DNA from: Lentisphaerota bacterium
GTDB taxonomy: Bacteria; Verrucomicrobiota; Kiritimatiellia; RFP12; JAAYNR01
Reading direction: 5' to 3'
NCBI GenBank assembly: GCA_012520735.1
Contig: JAAYNR010000031.1
Coordinates: forward strand, 1 to 50,289
DNA: 50,289 nucleotides
Below the pieces are notes generated by a model. It searched no databases, was not told the DNA's origin, and saw nothing but the letters and a program-made list of their open reading frames with translations. Below, in pieces: positions 9,012-17,979 of the stretch (its first letter is position 1; every line of letters begins with the position of its first letter). Position numbers and translations under genes: made by a program.

Positions 9012-10976
9012 CTACTCGGTCTGCTGCCGGTGTAAATCAGCAAAATAACCACCTGCCGCCAAAAGTTCTTTGGGTGTGCCGCTCTCGATGATCCGCCCGT
9101 GATCCAGAACTATCACGTTATGGCAGCGCAGTGCCATGGAGACACGCTGCGACACAATCACCGCTGTTTTGTTAACCATCAGCTCCGACAGAGTCCCCTG
9201 CAGCTTTCGCTCTGTGTCAGCGTCAAGTGCCGATGTGCAATCATCCAGCAGCAATACATCGGGGTTGGTCAACAGCGCACGCGCAATAGATATCCGCTGT
9301 CGCTGGCCACCCGACAGAGTCGTCCCTTTCTCACCGATAACAGTCTCGTATTGCACTTGCAGACGCATCACAAAATTGTGGCAATCTGCCGCTTTGGCCG
9401 CTGTCATGATCTCCGACGGTGTCGCCCAATTACGCCCATAGGTTATGTTATCGCGCACTGTACCGCTCAAAATCTGTGCCTCTTGTGGCACCATCGCCAT
9501 GTGTCGGCGCAGTTCATTAAATTTAATGGTGTCCAGTGCTACACCGTCGGCTTCGATTGTCCCCTCCTGTGGATCAAACAGACGCGCCAGAAGTTGTAGT
9601 AAGGTAGTTTTGCCACTGCCGCTGGCCCCCATAATGCAGAGCCAGCGACCAGCCGGAATCTCCAGCGAAATATCGTCCAAAATCGGCTTACCCTCATCTG
9701 ACCAGAAGAAAGTTATGTTTTTCAAACTGAATCCATAACGGAGCGGTAAAGGGAATGCGACAGCGTTTTCATCCTCTTCCACATCGCTGCTCGTCTCAAA
9801 AGTTTGCGCCAGCCGATGCAACACCACCAGCAGGTTGGATACCAGCAATACCAGTTGGGTGATCACCACCACCGGTACAAACAGGTTGGCTGCCGTGCCA
9901 TAAATATAGAGCATCTTGCCGAGAGTCATACTGCCGCCTATGACCATCAACGCACCGGCAATCAATATTCCACGTACAGTTATAGCCGATATCGCATCAG
10001 CCGTGCGGTTCATTGTAGCAGCCAAACGCTGCTGGGCTATGGTGTCACGCAGAAAAACAGACGATAACCGGTGAAAGTTAAGATACTCAATCCGCTCACG
10101 CCCATATGAGCAGATGGCCTTCATAGCATCGAGTTTTTGTGATACTAAACCCCATAAACAGGCGTTGGTATGGCGCAGTTCACGGTTGACACGCCGGATG
10201 CTAAACCGCATCCGGCTCACAATCAGCATGTAAGGGATCATGGCGATTAACACCACCAGAGCAATCGCCGGACTCAACACAAAGAGAATCGTCACCCCAA
10301 TAATAAACATCAGTACCTGACTGGTCGCCTGAATTATCAGTTCCATTAGTCGCTCTTGAACTACACTCACGTCAGAGAGTATTCGTGACATCAACCGTCC
10401 CGGCGTATAGCGCTGGTGATATGAGGTAGATAGCCCCAGTATCTTGCTGTGAATGTCCTCACGTAAGCGTTCGGTGATTGCGGTTCCTACTTTACTGCGT
10501 GTCACCTGCGTAGCGCGATCAGCCAGATTAAGCCCAATAACCGTTGCCAGGTAAACCACAAAAATCACAAAAAGACGTCGTCCGGCCCAGGGTGGCCTCA
10601 CCTCCGCAGCAAAGCGCCCCTCTTCCCCACTGACAGCCAGATTACGCTCACGCTCACCTTGTGGCATACGCTGGTCACGGTCAACCCCCTGCACTGTTAT
10701 TGTTCCACCGGTGGAACTACCACCGTCGCCGATACCATCCACACTAACCATTAAAATCTCATCAACCACAATCCGCCCGTAGTAACTCTGCAGATATACT
10801 GAACAGGCATTTAGCGAAACTAACACAACGCAAAGAAGCACCTGCCACTTGTGCGGCCATAAATAACGATAGGCAAAACGGAGAATCAGCTTGAATGCTC
10901 CACGCCGGTCATCACTCTCGCGGTGCGGACGATAAGGGTAGTCGCGAAATTCATGCCGGTTTGTGTTGCGTCTCAT
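9012..10976 (-). CDS. ABC exporter, fused permease/ATPase half-transporter (degenerate-site subunit)
   Basis: Walker A is GASGSGKTT and the signature LSGGQRQR. Walker B is LLLDDCTSALD (Asp replaces the catalytic Glu). The H-loop position reads VSQRVS (Gln replaces His). There is a long loop between TM1 and TM2. Confidence 0.9.
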   Translation of the reverse strand: MRRNTNRHEFRDYPYRPHRESDDRRGAFKLILRFAYRYLWPHKWQVLLCVVLVSLNACSVYLQSYYGRIVVDEILMVSVDGIGDGGSSTGGTITVQGVDRDQRMPQGERERNLAVSGEEGRFAAEVRPPWAGRRLFVIFVVYLATVIGLNLADRATQVTRSKVGTAITERLREDIHSKILGLSTSYHQRYTPGRLMSRILSDVSVVQERLMELIIQATSQVLMFIIGVTILFVLSPAIALVVLIAMIPYMLIVSRMRFSIRRVNRELRHTNACLWGLVSQKLDAMKAICSYGRERIEYLNFHRLSSVFLRDTIAQQRLAATMNRTADAISAITVRGILIAGALMVIGGSMTLGKMLYIYGTAANLFVPVVVITQLVLLVSNLLVVLHRLAQTFETSSDVEEDENAVAFPLPLRYGFSLKNITFFWSDEGKPILDDISLEIPAGRWLCIMGASGSGKTTLLQLLARLFDPQEGTIEADGVALDTIKFNELRRHMAMVPQEAQILSGTVRDNITYGRNWATPSEIMTAAKAADCHNFVMRLQVQYETVIGEKGTTLSGGQRQRISIARALLTNPDVLLLDDCTSALDADTERKLQGTLSELMVNKTAVIVSQRVSMALRCHNVIVLDHGRIIESGTPKELLAAGGYFADLHRQQTE

Positions 10977-10984
10977 CCCTATCC

Positions 10985-12727
10985 CTACTCCTCCTCAATA
11001 ACGCCTTTACCGGCGTATGTCTCATAGAGATGGCGGTAGCGACCGCCAGGGATGTCCAAAAGTGACTCGTGTGTGCCGTGCTCAACAATAACACCTCCGT
11101 CCAGCAAAATAATGTGGTGCGCATTGCGGATGGTACTGAGCCGATGTGCCACAATAAAGGCGGTGCGGTCTTTTAAAAACCGCTCCATCGCTATCTGAAT
11201 GGCCCGCTCCGACTTTGAATCAAGGGCCGAGGTCGCCTCGTCCATAACCAGAATAGCCGGGTCGGCCAATACGGCTCTGGCAATTGCCAGACGCTGCTTC
11301 TGGCCTACTGATAGCTGTACATCACGCTCGCCGTAAACGGAGTCGTAGCCTTGTGGCAAGCGGATAATATCTTCGTGTATCTCAGCCACCCTCGCCGCCG
11401 CCTCCACCTGCTCCCGTGTAGCACTGGGACGTGCATAGCTGATGTTATCGGCAATAGATATAGTAAACAGCATCGACTCCTGCAGTACAATACCGAACTG
11501 CTGCCGCAAACACCTGAAGGAGAGATCGCGCACGTCGGTGCCGTCGATGGTGATGGAGCCGCTGTCGATATCGTACAGCCGCATCAGCAACGATAACACC
11601 GTAGTCTTTCCGCAACCGGTAGGGCCAACTAGCGCAACCGTCTCCCCCGGCTTAACATCAAAGCTTATCCCCCGCAAAACTGGTTTGCCGGGGACATATG
11701 AGAAAACAACATCTTTTAACGACACCTCTCCCTGTGCCTTGCCAATATCCTGCGGATTGCTGCTCTCAATAATCTGCGGCTGTTCATCGAGAATCTCAAA
11801 CAGACGCTCAGCCGAAATCCTCACATTTTCCAACTGCTGGGCAAGTTGGGAAAACCGCACCGCCGGCCATAGCAACTGCATGGCATAGGCTGAAAATGCC
11901 GTAACATCACCATAGCTGGCCGAGCCCGACAAAACCATGGCACACCCCAGAAAATAGATCACCACACGCCCCACGTCCGACAATAAGCGAACGTTGGTAG
12001 AAAACATCCCCGTTGCCACCTGTGCCTCACGTGATAAATCCATACTGGCCTGACTCTGCTCACTGAAAAGCGCATTTTCACGCTCTTCCGTACCGTAGGT
12101 CTTCACCGTCATGTTGGTCGCCAACCGATCCTGTACCCCCGCCGCCACACGATCTTCAGCCCCGCGGAAAGCGCGAGTCAACTTCTTCAGGCGCCCAATC
12201 GAAAGCTTATAGTTCACCACAAAGAGTATCAACAGTAAAAACAGTGGCACTGCCAGACGCCAGTTAATGAAGAGTGTCGCGGTAATCGCAAAAATCGCAC
12301 ACACCAGATCCGACACCACCTGCATGGTCGCCACCGAGAGTATCTGCTGCAGTGTGCTGCTGTCGCCCATTAATTTGTTTATCAGCTTGCCGGTGCTCTC
12401 CCGTCCAAAGTAGGCCATGCCCAGCCGTAACATATGCGAATATACCGCCATCCTGATCCGCATGACAAAACTCTGCCCCACAAAGGCAGTACCCAACACC
12501 TGTAGATAACCACAGGCTGTAGCAGCAATAGCAGTACCGATCAGGAAAAAACTAACCCCGAAAAGACGCTCATGCTCGCCCGCAGTAATCACTCTGTTTA
12601 TAACATCGCGCACCAGCAGCGGTGGCAACATAGCAAAAATAGACAACACCCCAGTCAGTGCTATCAGTCCCACCAGATGCCAGCGAAACGGACGGATAAA
12701 CGACTTAACATATGAGAGAGTAGACAT
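10985..12727 (-). CDS. ABC exporter, fused permease/ATPase half-transporter (consensus-site subunit)
   Basis: Walker A is GPTGCGKTT, Walker B LVMDEATSALD and the H-loop AHRLST. The signature is the deviant LSVGQKQR. Its stop lies 8 nt upstream of the partner gene's start at 10976. Confidence 0.9.
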   Translation of the reverse strand: MSTLSYVKSFIRPFRWHLVGLIALTGVLSIFAMLPPLLVRDVINRVITAGEHERLFGVSFFLIGTAIAATACGYLQVLGTAFVGQSFVMRIRMAVYSHMLRLGMAYFGRESTGKLINKLMGDSSTLQQILSVATMQVVSDLVCAIFAITATLFINWRLAVPLFLLLILFVVNYKLSIGRLKKLTRAFRGAEDRVAAGVQDRLATNMTVKTYGTEERENALFSEQSQASMDLSREAQVATGMFSTNVRLLSDVGRVVIYFLGCAMVLSGSASYGDVTAFSAYAMQLLWPAVRFSQLAQQLENVRISAERLFEILDEQPQIIESSNPQDIGKAQGEVSLKDVVFSYVPGKPVLRGISFDVKPGETVALVGPTGCGKTTVLSLLMRLYDIDSGSITIDGTDVRDLSFRCLRQQFGIVLQESMLFTISIADNISYARPSATREQVEAAARVAEIHEDIIRLPQGYDSVYGERDVQLSVGQKQRLAIARAVLADPAILVMDEATSALDSKSERAIQIAMERFLKDRTAFIVAHRLSTIRNAHHIILLDGGVIVEHGTHESLLDIPGGRYRHLYETYAGKGVIEEE

Positions 12728-12752
12728 TGTCAGCAGCTATTGCCCCGGTTGG

Positions 12753-13790
12753 TCACATCCCTAACAGAGCCTCCCAGAATGAGGTTCGGCCAACCTTGAT
12801 CTCAGCATCTGCCGTTGTCCCCGGCTGAATTTCACGCCCCTTAGGATCAAACGAACAGTAAATCACCCGGTAAGACTGCGACCCATCCACCTGAATCACA
12901 CTACGTGCCTCAGCAACAACACCGTAAACCCAATTGCGCATCAGTGTTTTATGACTGCGTAATTCAGCTCGTACCGGTTGCCCTACCATCACTTTAGCCG
13001 CATAACGTTCAGGCACACGGAGTTTCAGTATTAACTCATTGCCACCAAAAACCTCATACAGTAGCAGGTCAGGCCGCACCACCTCCCCCACATAAAAAGT
13101 ATGCCGCAGCAGCTTGCCGTTAATCGGTGCCCGTACAGAGCGCAAGTCTTGTGCTGCCCGCATCCTGACTACCGTCTCTTTACGTGCATCGTGCTCACGC
13201 TGCAACACCTCAATCTGCCGCTCATCGAGTGTGGTGTCAGCTTTGCTCAGACGCTCGTATTCTGCTTCAGCTTGTTTCAGCGTGTAGGTATCATCTGCCA
13301 GATCACGCCCCGATGCCAGCCCCTGCTCCGCCAGCTTGCTCGTCAGCTCAATCCGTTGCCGGGCATAGTCGAGAGCCAGCTTGGCCGACTCCACCAGACT
13401 AGTGTGTTCGCGCCGCCGATCAGCTAATTCCGCCTCTCTGAAGGTGAGCTCTGCCTCTGCTTTGCGTACCGCCGCCTCAGCCTCAGCCACAGCCGCACGC
13501 TGCTCTTCATCATCCAGCCGCAACAGCACCTCGCCGGCCGTCACCGCATCCCCAGAGAAATGTTTTATATCTACCACCTGTGCCGCTACCGGCGACCTCA
13601 CTTCAGCGTAAATCTCTGTGGTCACATAGCCGTTGGCCGGTGCATAGCGATTTAATTGCAGATAGTGCCCCCCTACGGCCGTGCCTCCGATAAGAAGCAG
13701 CAGGATCGCCAAAGTCCGCCACAAAAAGCTCTTTTTCTCCCGGCGCGTAGCCGGCAATGCTTCACCGCGTGTTGTTCTGTATTGGCCCAT
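12753..13790 (-). CDS. HlyD-family membrane fusion (periplasmic adaptor) protein
   Basis: It has an N-terminal TM anchor (LWRTLAILLLLIGGTAV), a lipoyl-like segment and a long Ala/Glu/Arg coiled-coil hairpin. It sits directly upstream of the ABC pair. Confidence 0.8.
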   Translation of the reverse strand: MGQYRTTRGEALPATRREKKSFLWRTLAILLLLIGGTAVGGHYLQLNRYAPANGYVTTEIYAEVRSPVAAQVVDIKHFSGDAVTAGEVLLRLDDEEQRAAVAEAEAAVRKAEAELTFREAELADRRREHTSLVESAKLALDYARQRIELTSKLAEQGLASGRDLADDTYTLKQAEAEYERLSKADTTLDERQIEVLQREHDARKETVVRMRAAQDLRSVRAPINGKLLRHTFYVGEVVRPDLLLYEVFGGNELILKLRVPERYAAKVMVGQPVRAELRSHKTLMRNWVYGVVAEARSVIQVDGSQSYRVIYCSFDPKGREIQPGTTADAEIKVGRTSFWEALLGM

Positions 13791-14602
13791 TATTTACGCC
13801 GTTCCTTGATGTAGTCCTTGGCCAGGGTCCGTATCCCCTCGCTCTCGTCATCGTACCGCTTGGTACACAAATCACACCCCACACAGCTCCGCTCGTAACA
13901 GTTACGATGGACCCGCGAAGGATACATTTTACGGAATGCCTCAAAACACTCGTCGCTGCAGAAGCAATAACGCTCTTGAGTCGACCCAAAAGCCACCTGA
14001 CATATATGAAAGCCATCGGCCTCAGGATCGGCAATTTTACTGCACCAGCCGCAAATAATCGTCAAACGGTCCAGCACCTCTTTATTGCGCTGGCTCAACT
14101 CTTCATCGTTCCACAGATACTCAATCCATGAAAAAGCCGACGGCGGCACACGTGCCGCTACCGCATCACCACGCAAAACCAGCACCGCACCGCTTTTAAC
14201 CACATAGGCACGATCCCCCTCAACTACTCCACCGCCACCGGCCAAGTGTACCCGTACCCCGCTGTTGCGCGGTGTATCATAAACATACCAGCCACATGCA
14301 TCGCAAACCGAAGCAAAAAGGTGTTGGCGTAACCCCTCGCCACATTGCGGACACCGCCCATGCTGAATCACCTGCAGCCGCCGTAACGAACTCTCAGCCG
14401 CCTCACGCAACTGCTGCGACGCCTCTTTGCGTATGTCAGACTCCGATAGCCAGTCATCATCCAATATCTGCATATCGTGTTCGAGTTGCTCTCGCTGATC
14501 CGACTGCAACAACCCCTCTTTCAGTGCAGGCTCACTACCCGCACCATCTCCTCCTGGTGTCTGTTTACGAATCAACTCATATAATTTTTTAGAAATAGCC
14601 AT
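13790..14602 (-). CDS. Cys-rich zinc-ribbon / TRASH-like protein, function unknown
   Basis: The start is set at ATG 14602 (MAISKKLYELI), with SD AGGAGGG 5 nt upstream. Motifs are CPQC-x13-CDAC, CGWC...CFCSDEC and C-x4-C-x2-C-x2-C. There is no TM segment or signal peptide. The stop overlaps the HlyD start (TAATG). Confidence 0.75.
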   Translation of the reverse strand: MAISKKLYELIRKQTPGGDGAGSEPALKEGLLQSDQREQLEHDMQILDDDWLSESDIRKEASQQLREAAESSLRRLQVIQHGRCPQCGEGLRQHLFASVCDACGWYVYDTPRNSGVRVHLAGGGGVVEGDRAYVVKSGAVLVLRGDAVAARVPPSAFSWIEYLWNDEELSQRNKEVLDRLTIICGWCSKIADPEADGFHICQVAFGSTQERYCFCSDECFEAFRKMYPSRVHRNCYERSCVGCDLCTKRYDDESEGIRTLAKDYIKERRK

Positions 14603-14621
14603 AATACCCTCCTGTTTGCCG

Positions 14622-16115
14622 TTATGGTGTTGCCTTGAAAGGGAGAAAATCAATACCGGCCGCACGCGCCTGATTTATATAGGCTCGTATCGTCTGCGCT
14701 GCAGCAGCATTGGCACTGCGATTGGCCGTGGTCAGATCTTTCTGCGCATCAAGCACAAGCCGACTACGACCCTCGCCAAGGCGAAACCGCTCCGCTTCAG
14801 CCTCAAGGTTATTCCGCGCCGCCTCAACCGCACGGTCTACCCACTCCAGTCGCCGACAGGCCGCCTCCAGAGCAGTCGTCGCACGCGAAAACTCCGCTTC
14901 AATCTCGGTGATTACCGCTGCCAGCTCAGCCTGTGCCGCATTGGCCTCGGCTTCACGTGCCGCTGTTGTCGCCTTCTCTGCTGCAAATCCCCAAGGCCGC
15001 CGCCACACAATACCCGCCTCCCACCCGAAGTCACTGTCGCCACGGGTACTTGGCTGGTTGTTCAAACGCCACCCCGCACCACCAAATAGCGACAGATCGC
15101 TCTTCATCTCTTCACGTGAGCGGCGCACCAATGCCCCGTGCTTCATCGTCTCAGCCGATGCAGCACGCCACTCATGGCGTACAGTGATGTCGAGACCCAA
15201 CGGCAAATCGCCCGCTACCCGTGCACAGGCATCGGCCCAATCGCGCAGCTCACTCTCTGCCGGTTCGGGCAGGTAATCGGGTGGCAAACTGCCGCCGGCA
15301 ACCTCCATAATCTTAATCCGAGCCGCATCCAATGCCGCCTGTGCCTGATACAGCGCATCCTGACTGAACGCCACCTCCATCCGCGCCGGTGCCAACTGAT
15401 AAGCGGGGGTGGTGTCGAGCTCAACACGTTTCTCTGTCTCCTGCAGCAATTGCGCCACACGCCCATAGGCTGCCTGTGACTCCTTCATCTCAGCACACGC
15501 CGCCAGCCAGTCGACATACGCCACACCCATGTTATGACACGTATCCTGCCACACTATCAACCGCCTAGCCTGCGCTACATCCACTCCATGCTGCGCCGCC
15601 TCCCGCTCCAAACGCTGCATCGCAAAATCACGATCACGCCATAACGGTTTCTCAATTACAGCCCCCGCTATAGTCCCGGAGTTATTGTCGATCTCTCCAC
15701 CGCCAATTGAGTCCCACCGCCCTACTGATGCCCGCAGTTTAACCCCGCCATGCCGCAGCGGACGCTCCAGCGCAGCCTCAGTCACCCACGACTTATCCGG
15801 CGTGATCGACGGCAATAGTGAGCCCGGCGTACGCATCGCCCCCTCTGCAAAACCCGCCGCCGCCGATATCGTTGTGTCAAAAAAACCGTCGACCGCCTCA
15901 ACTTCATAAGCTGCTGCCGCTACACGGTCACTCTGGCTGCGCAAACTCGGGTTACCATCACGTACCAACTCTAATAACGCCGGCAATGTGCCGGTTACAC
16001 CAAGCACTGGCAACTTTGCATCAGCCGCCGTTGCGGCCTGTGCCGTAAACACCATTGCTACAGTGACAACAAAAATCGCTTTCATTAAAAAACATGGACG
16101 CCTGACAAAGCGCAT
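14622..16115 (-). CDS. TolC-like outer-membrane efflux protein
   Basis: It has the signal peptide MRFVRRPCFLMKAIFVVTVAMVFTAQA and an OEP-like start (LLELVRDGNPSLRS). The sequence is Ala-rich and coiled-coil throughout. I prefer ATG 16115 (AGGTG 6 nt upstream) to 16085 or 16214. Confidence 0.7.
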   Translation of the reverse strand: MRFVRRPCFLMKAIFVVTVAMVFTAQAATAADAKLPVLGVTGTLPALLELVRDGNPSLRSQSDRVAAAAYEVEAVDGFFDTTISAAAGFAEGAMRTPGSLLPSITPDKSWVTEAALERPLRHGGVKLRASVGRWDSIGGGEIDNNSGTIAGAVIEKPLWRDRDFAMQRLEREAAQHGVDVAQARRLIVWQDTCHNMGVAYVDWLAACAEMKESQAAYGRVAQLLQETEKRVELDTTPAYQLAPARMEVAFSQDALYQAQAALDAARIKIMEVAGGSLPPDYLPEPAESELRDWADACARVAGDLPLGLDITVRHEWRAASAETMKHGALVRRSREEMKSDLSLFGGAGWRLNNQPSTRGDSDFGWEAGIVWRRPWGFAAEKATTAAREAEANAAQAELAAVITEIEAEFSRATTALEAACRRLEWVDRAVEAARNNLEAEAERFRLGEGRSRLVLDAQKDLTTANRSANAAAAQTIRAYINQARAAGIDFLPFKATP

Positions 16116-16250
16116 TACTACACCTGCCGCGTCCAGCCTCATTAGTTTATACACCCCTGAGTACTGCATACGGTATAATGCCAGCCACAAGAGCCAATAT
16201 TGCTTCACAAACACCCATATTGTTAACTGTTTAGGATAAAAAGTCCACTG

Positions 16251-17138
16251 CTAAGTGTTTACAATAAAATTACTGATGTTATTGCACAGCTCCGGCAATA
16301 GCCTCTCCTCTGAAGGAAGCGCATGGCCACACTCCTCAAAAATATCGATCTGGTGCCGTTTTAACTCACCAGCCTCTAGCCACCGTTGCGTTGCAGCCGT
16401 ATCCACAATCTGATCATCCGCCACCAAAGCCGCATAAACCGGTACACGCAACTCACCACAATGACGCTGCAGTCGGTCAATCAGCGCAAATAACCCTCTG
16501 TAAGTGGCAAAGGGGATAAAACGGTCGCGCAGATAACGGATCTCATGGCCATCTTTGGTTAACACTTGTGGCGTAAAAGCCGACTCCACCACCCCCGAAA
16601 GCGGCAGCAACACCTCGGCAATCCTAAACCAAAGTCGCGGCGACAACACCGGTGCCCGCGCTCCCGATACTTTAATCAGTGGTGCCAACATTATAACCCC
16701 ATCCGCCGTCCCCGGCGTGGTAATCTCCAGCAGAGCCGCCAATCCCCCACCCATCGAATGCCCCAGTACCCACACCTCATTATGCCGCAACCGCAAATCT
16801 CTCATCTCCGCCTGTATCGCCGCCAGCCAGGTCTCTACGCCCTGCCGTGCCGCCACTGCCAGCGGCTCACCGGCTCCCGGCAACCGCATCACCCGACAAG
16901 TAAACCCCAATTCAGCCAATTGCGACGCCATCGAACTGAAAACAGACGGCATATCGGCAAAACCGTGCACCATCAGAATAGCTGTTGCACCTTTGCCCAC
17001 TGTAAAAGGTTCGCGCCCCTCTGTTATAAACTTATTTTTAATCTGACACTGCCAACGCCGATGCCGCATCCCGATCCACCACCGGTGAATCAGGTTGCCA
17101 GCCAGCCATACCACTGGTATTAAAGCCCAATATATCAT
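16251..17138 (-). CDS. Alpha/beta hydrolase (lysophospholipase/monoacylglycerol-lipase-like), membrane-anchored
   Basis: It has an N-terminal TM helix, an HG oxyanion motif (MVHGF) and the nucleophile elbow GHSMGG. Confidence 0.8.
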   Translation of the reverse strand: MIYWALIPVVWLAGNLIHRWWIGMRHRRWQCQIKNKFITEGREPFTVGKGATAILMVHGFADMPSVFSSMASQLAELGFTCRVMRLPGAGEPLAVAARQGVETWLAAIQAEMRDLRLRHNEVWVLGHSMGGGLAALLEITTPGTADGVIMLAPLIKVSGARAPVLSPRLWFRIAEVLLPLSGVVESAFTPQVLTKDGHEIRYLRDRFIPFATYRGLFALIDRLQRHCGELRVPVYAALVADDQIVDTAATQRWLEAGELKRHQIDIFEECGHALPSEERLLPELCNNISNFIVNT

Positions 17139-17181
17139 CTCGCAACCGTATTAATCAGGCTCTGGCTACCCGCCACAAACC

Positions 17182-17979
17182 CTATTTTCCTTCGCGCTGG
17201 GCAAACTCTTCGGCAAAAACCCGATACGCCACCGCACCCCGGCACAGTGGATCAAACACCACCGCCGGCTGACCAAAACTCGGAGCCTCGCTGATACGTA
17301 CATTTCGCGGAATTACCGTCTCATATACCAGATCACCAAAGTGACCACGCACCTCGTTAATAACATCACTGGACAGGTTAGTACGGGCATCAAACATCGT
17401 CATCAGAATCCCCTGTACCGTCAGCCCCGGATTTACCCCACCCTGACGCAACCGCTCCACCAAACTCGTTATTACACTGAGTCCCTCCATGGCATAATAC
17501 TCACACTGCATGGTGATAAGTATGCTATCGGCAGCCGCCAGTGAAGAGGTCATCAATATCCCTAATGAGGGTGGACAATCCATAATGATGAAATCGTATA
17601 CACTCGCCTCAAGCACCCGCGCCAAAACCCGCCGCACTGCCTGCAGATGATCACCCGAGCGCGCCACCTCCACCTCAGCCCCGGCCAAATCAATCTCTGC
17701 CGGTATCAAATTAACCCCCTCGTATGGTGTCGGCTGAATAATGTCTGCCACATCAGCACTCCCCGTCAAAACAGGGTATAAACTGACCCCCGGCTGTGGA
17801 TCTACCCCTAGCCCGCTGGTCGCATTGGCCTGCGGGTCAAGGTCTATCACCAACACCGTATAGCCGTCAAGCGCCAGCGATGTCGCCAGATTCACCACCG
17901 TTGTTGTTTTGCCAACCCCACCCTTCTGATTGGCTACCGCTATTACACGGCTCCTTTTACCTGCCTCCGCTGTGCTCAT
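17182..17979 (-). CDS. parA: Soj/ParA-family partition ATPase
   Basis: It carries the deviant Walker A VANQKGGVGKTT and full-length resemblance to chromosomal Soj (DLDPQANAT, MDCPPSLG). Its start overlaps the upstream stop (ATGA). Confidence 0.9.
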   Translation of the reverse strand: MSTAEAGKRSRVIAVANQKGGVGKTTTVVNLATSLALDGYTVLVIDLDPQANATSGLGVDPQPGVSLYPVLTGSADVADIIQPTPYEGVNLIPAEIDLAGAEVEVARSGDHLQAVRRVLARVLEASVYDFIIMDCPPSLGILMTSSLAAADSILITMQCEYYAMEGLSVITSLVERLRQGGVNPGLTVQGILMTMFDARTNLSSDVINEVRGHFGDLVYETVIPRNVRISEAPSFGQPAVVFDPLCRGAVAYRVFAEEFAQREGK

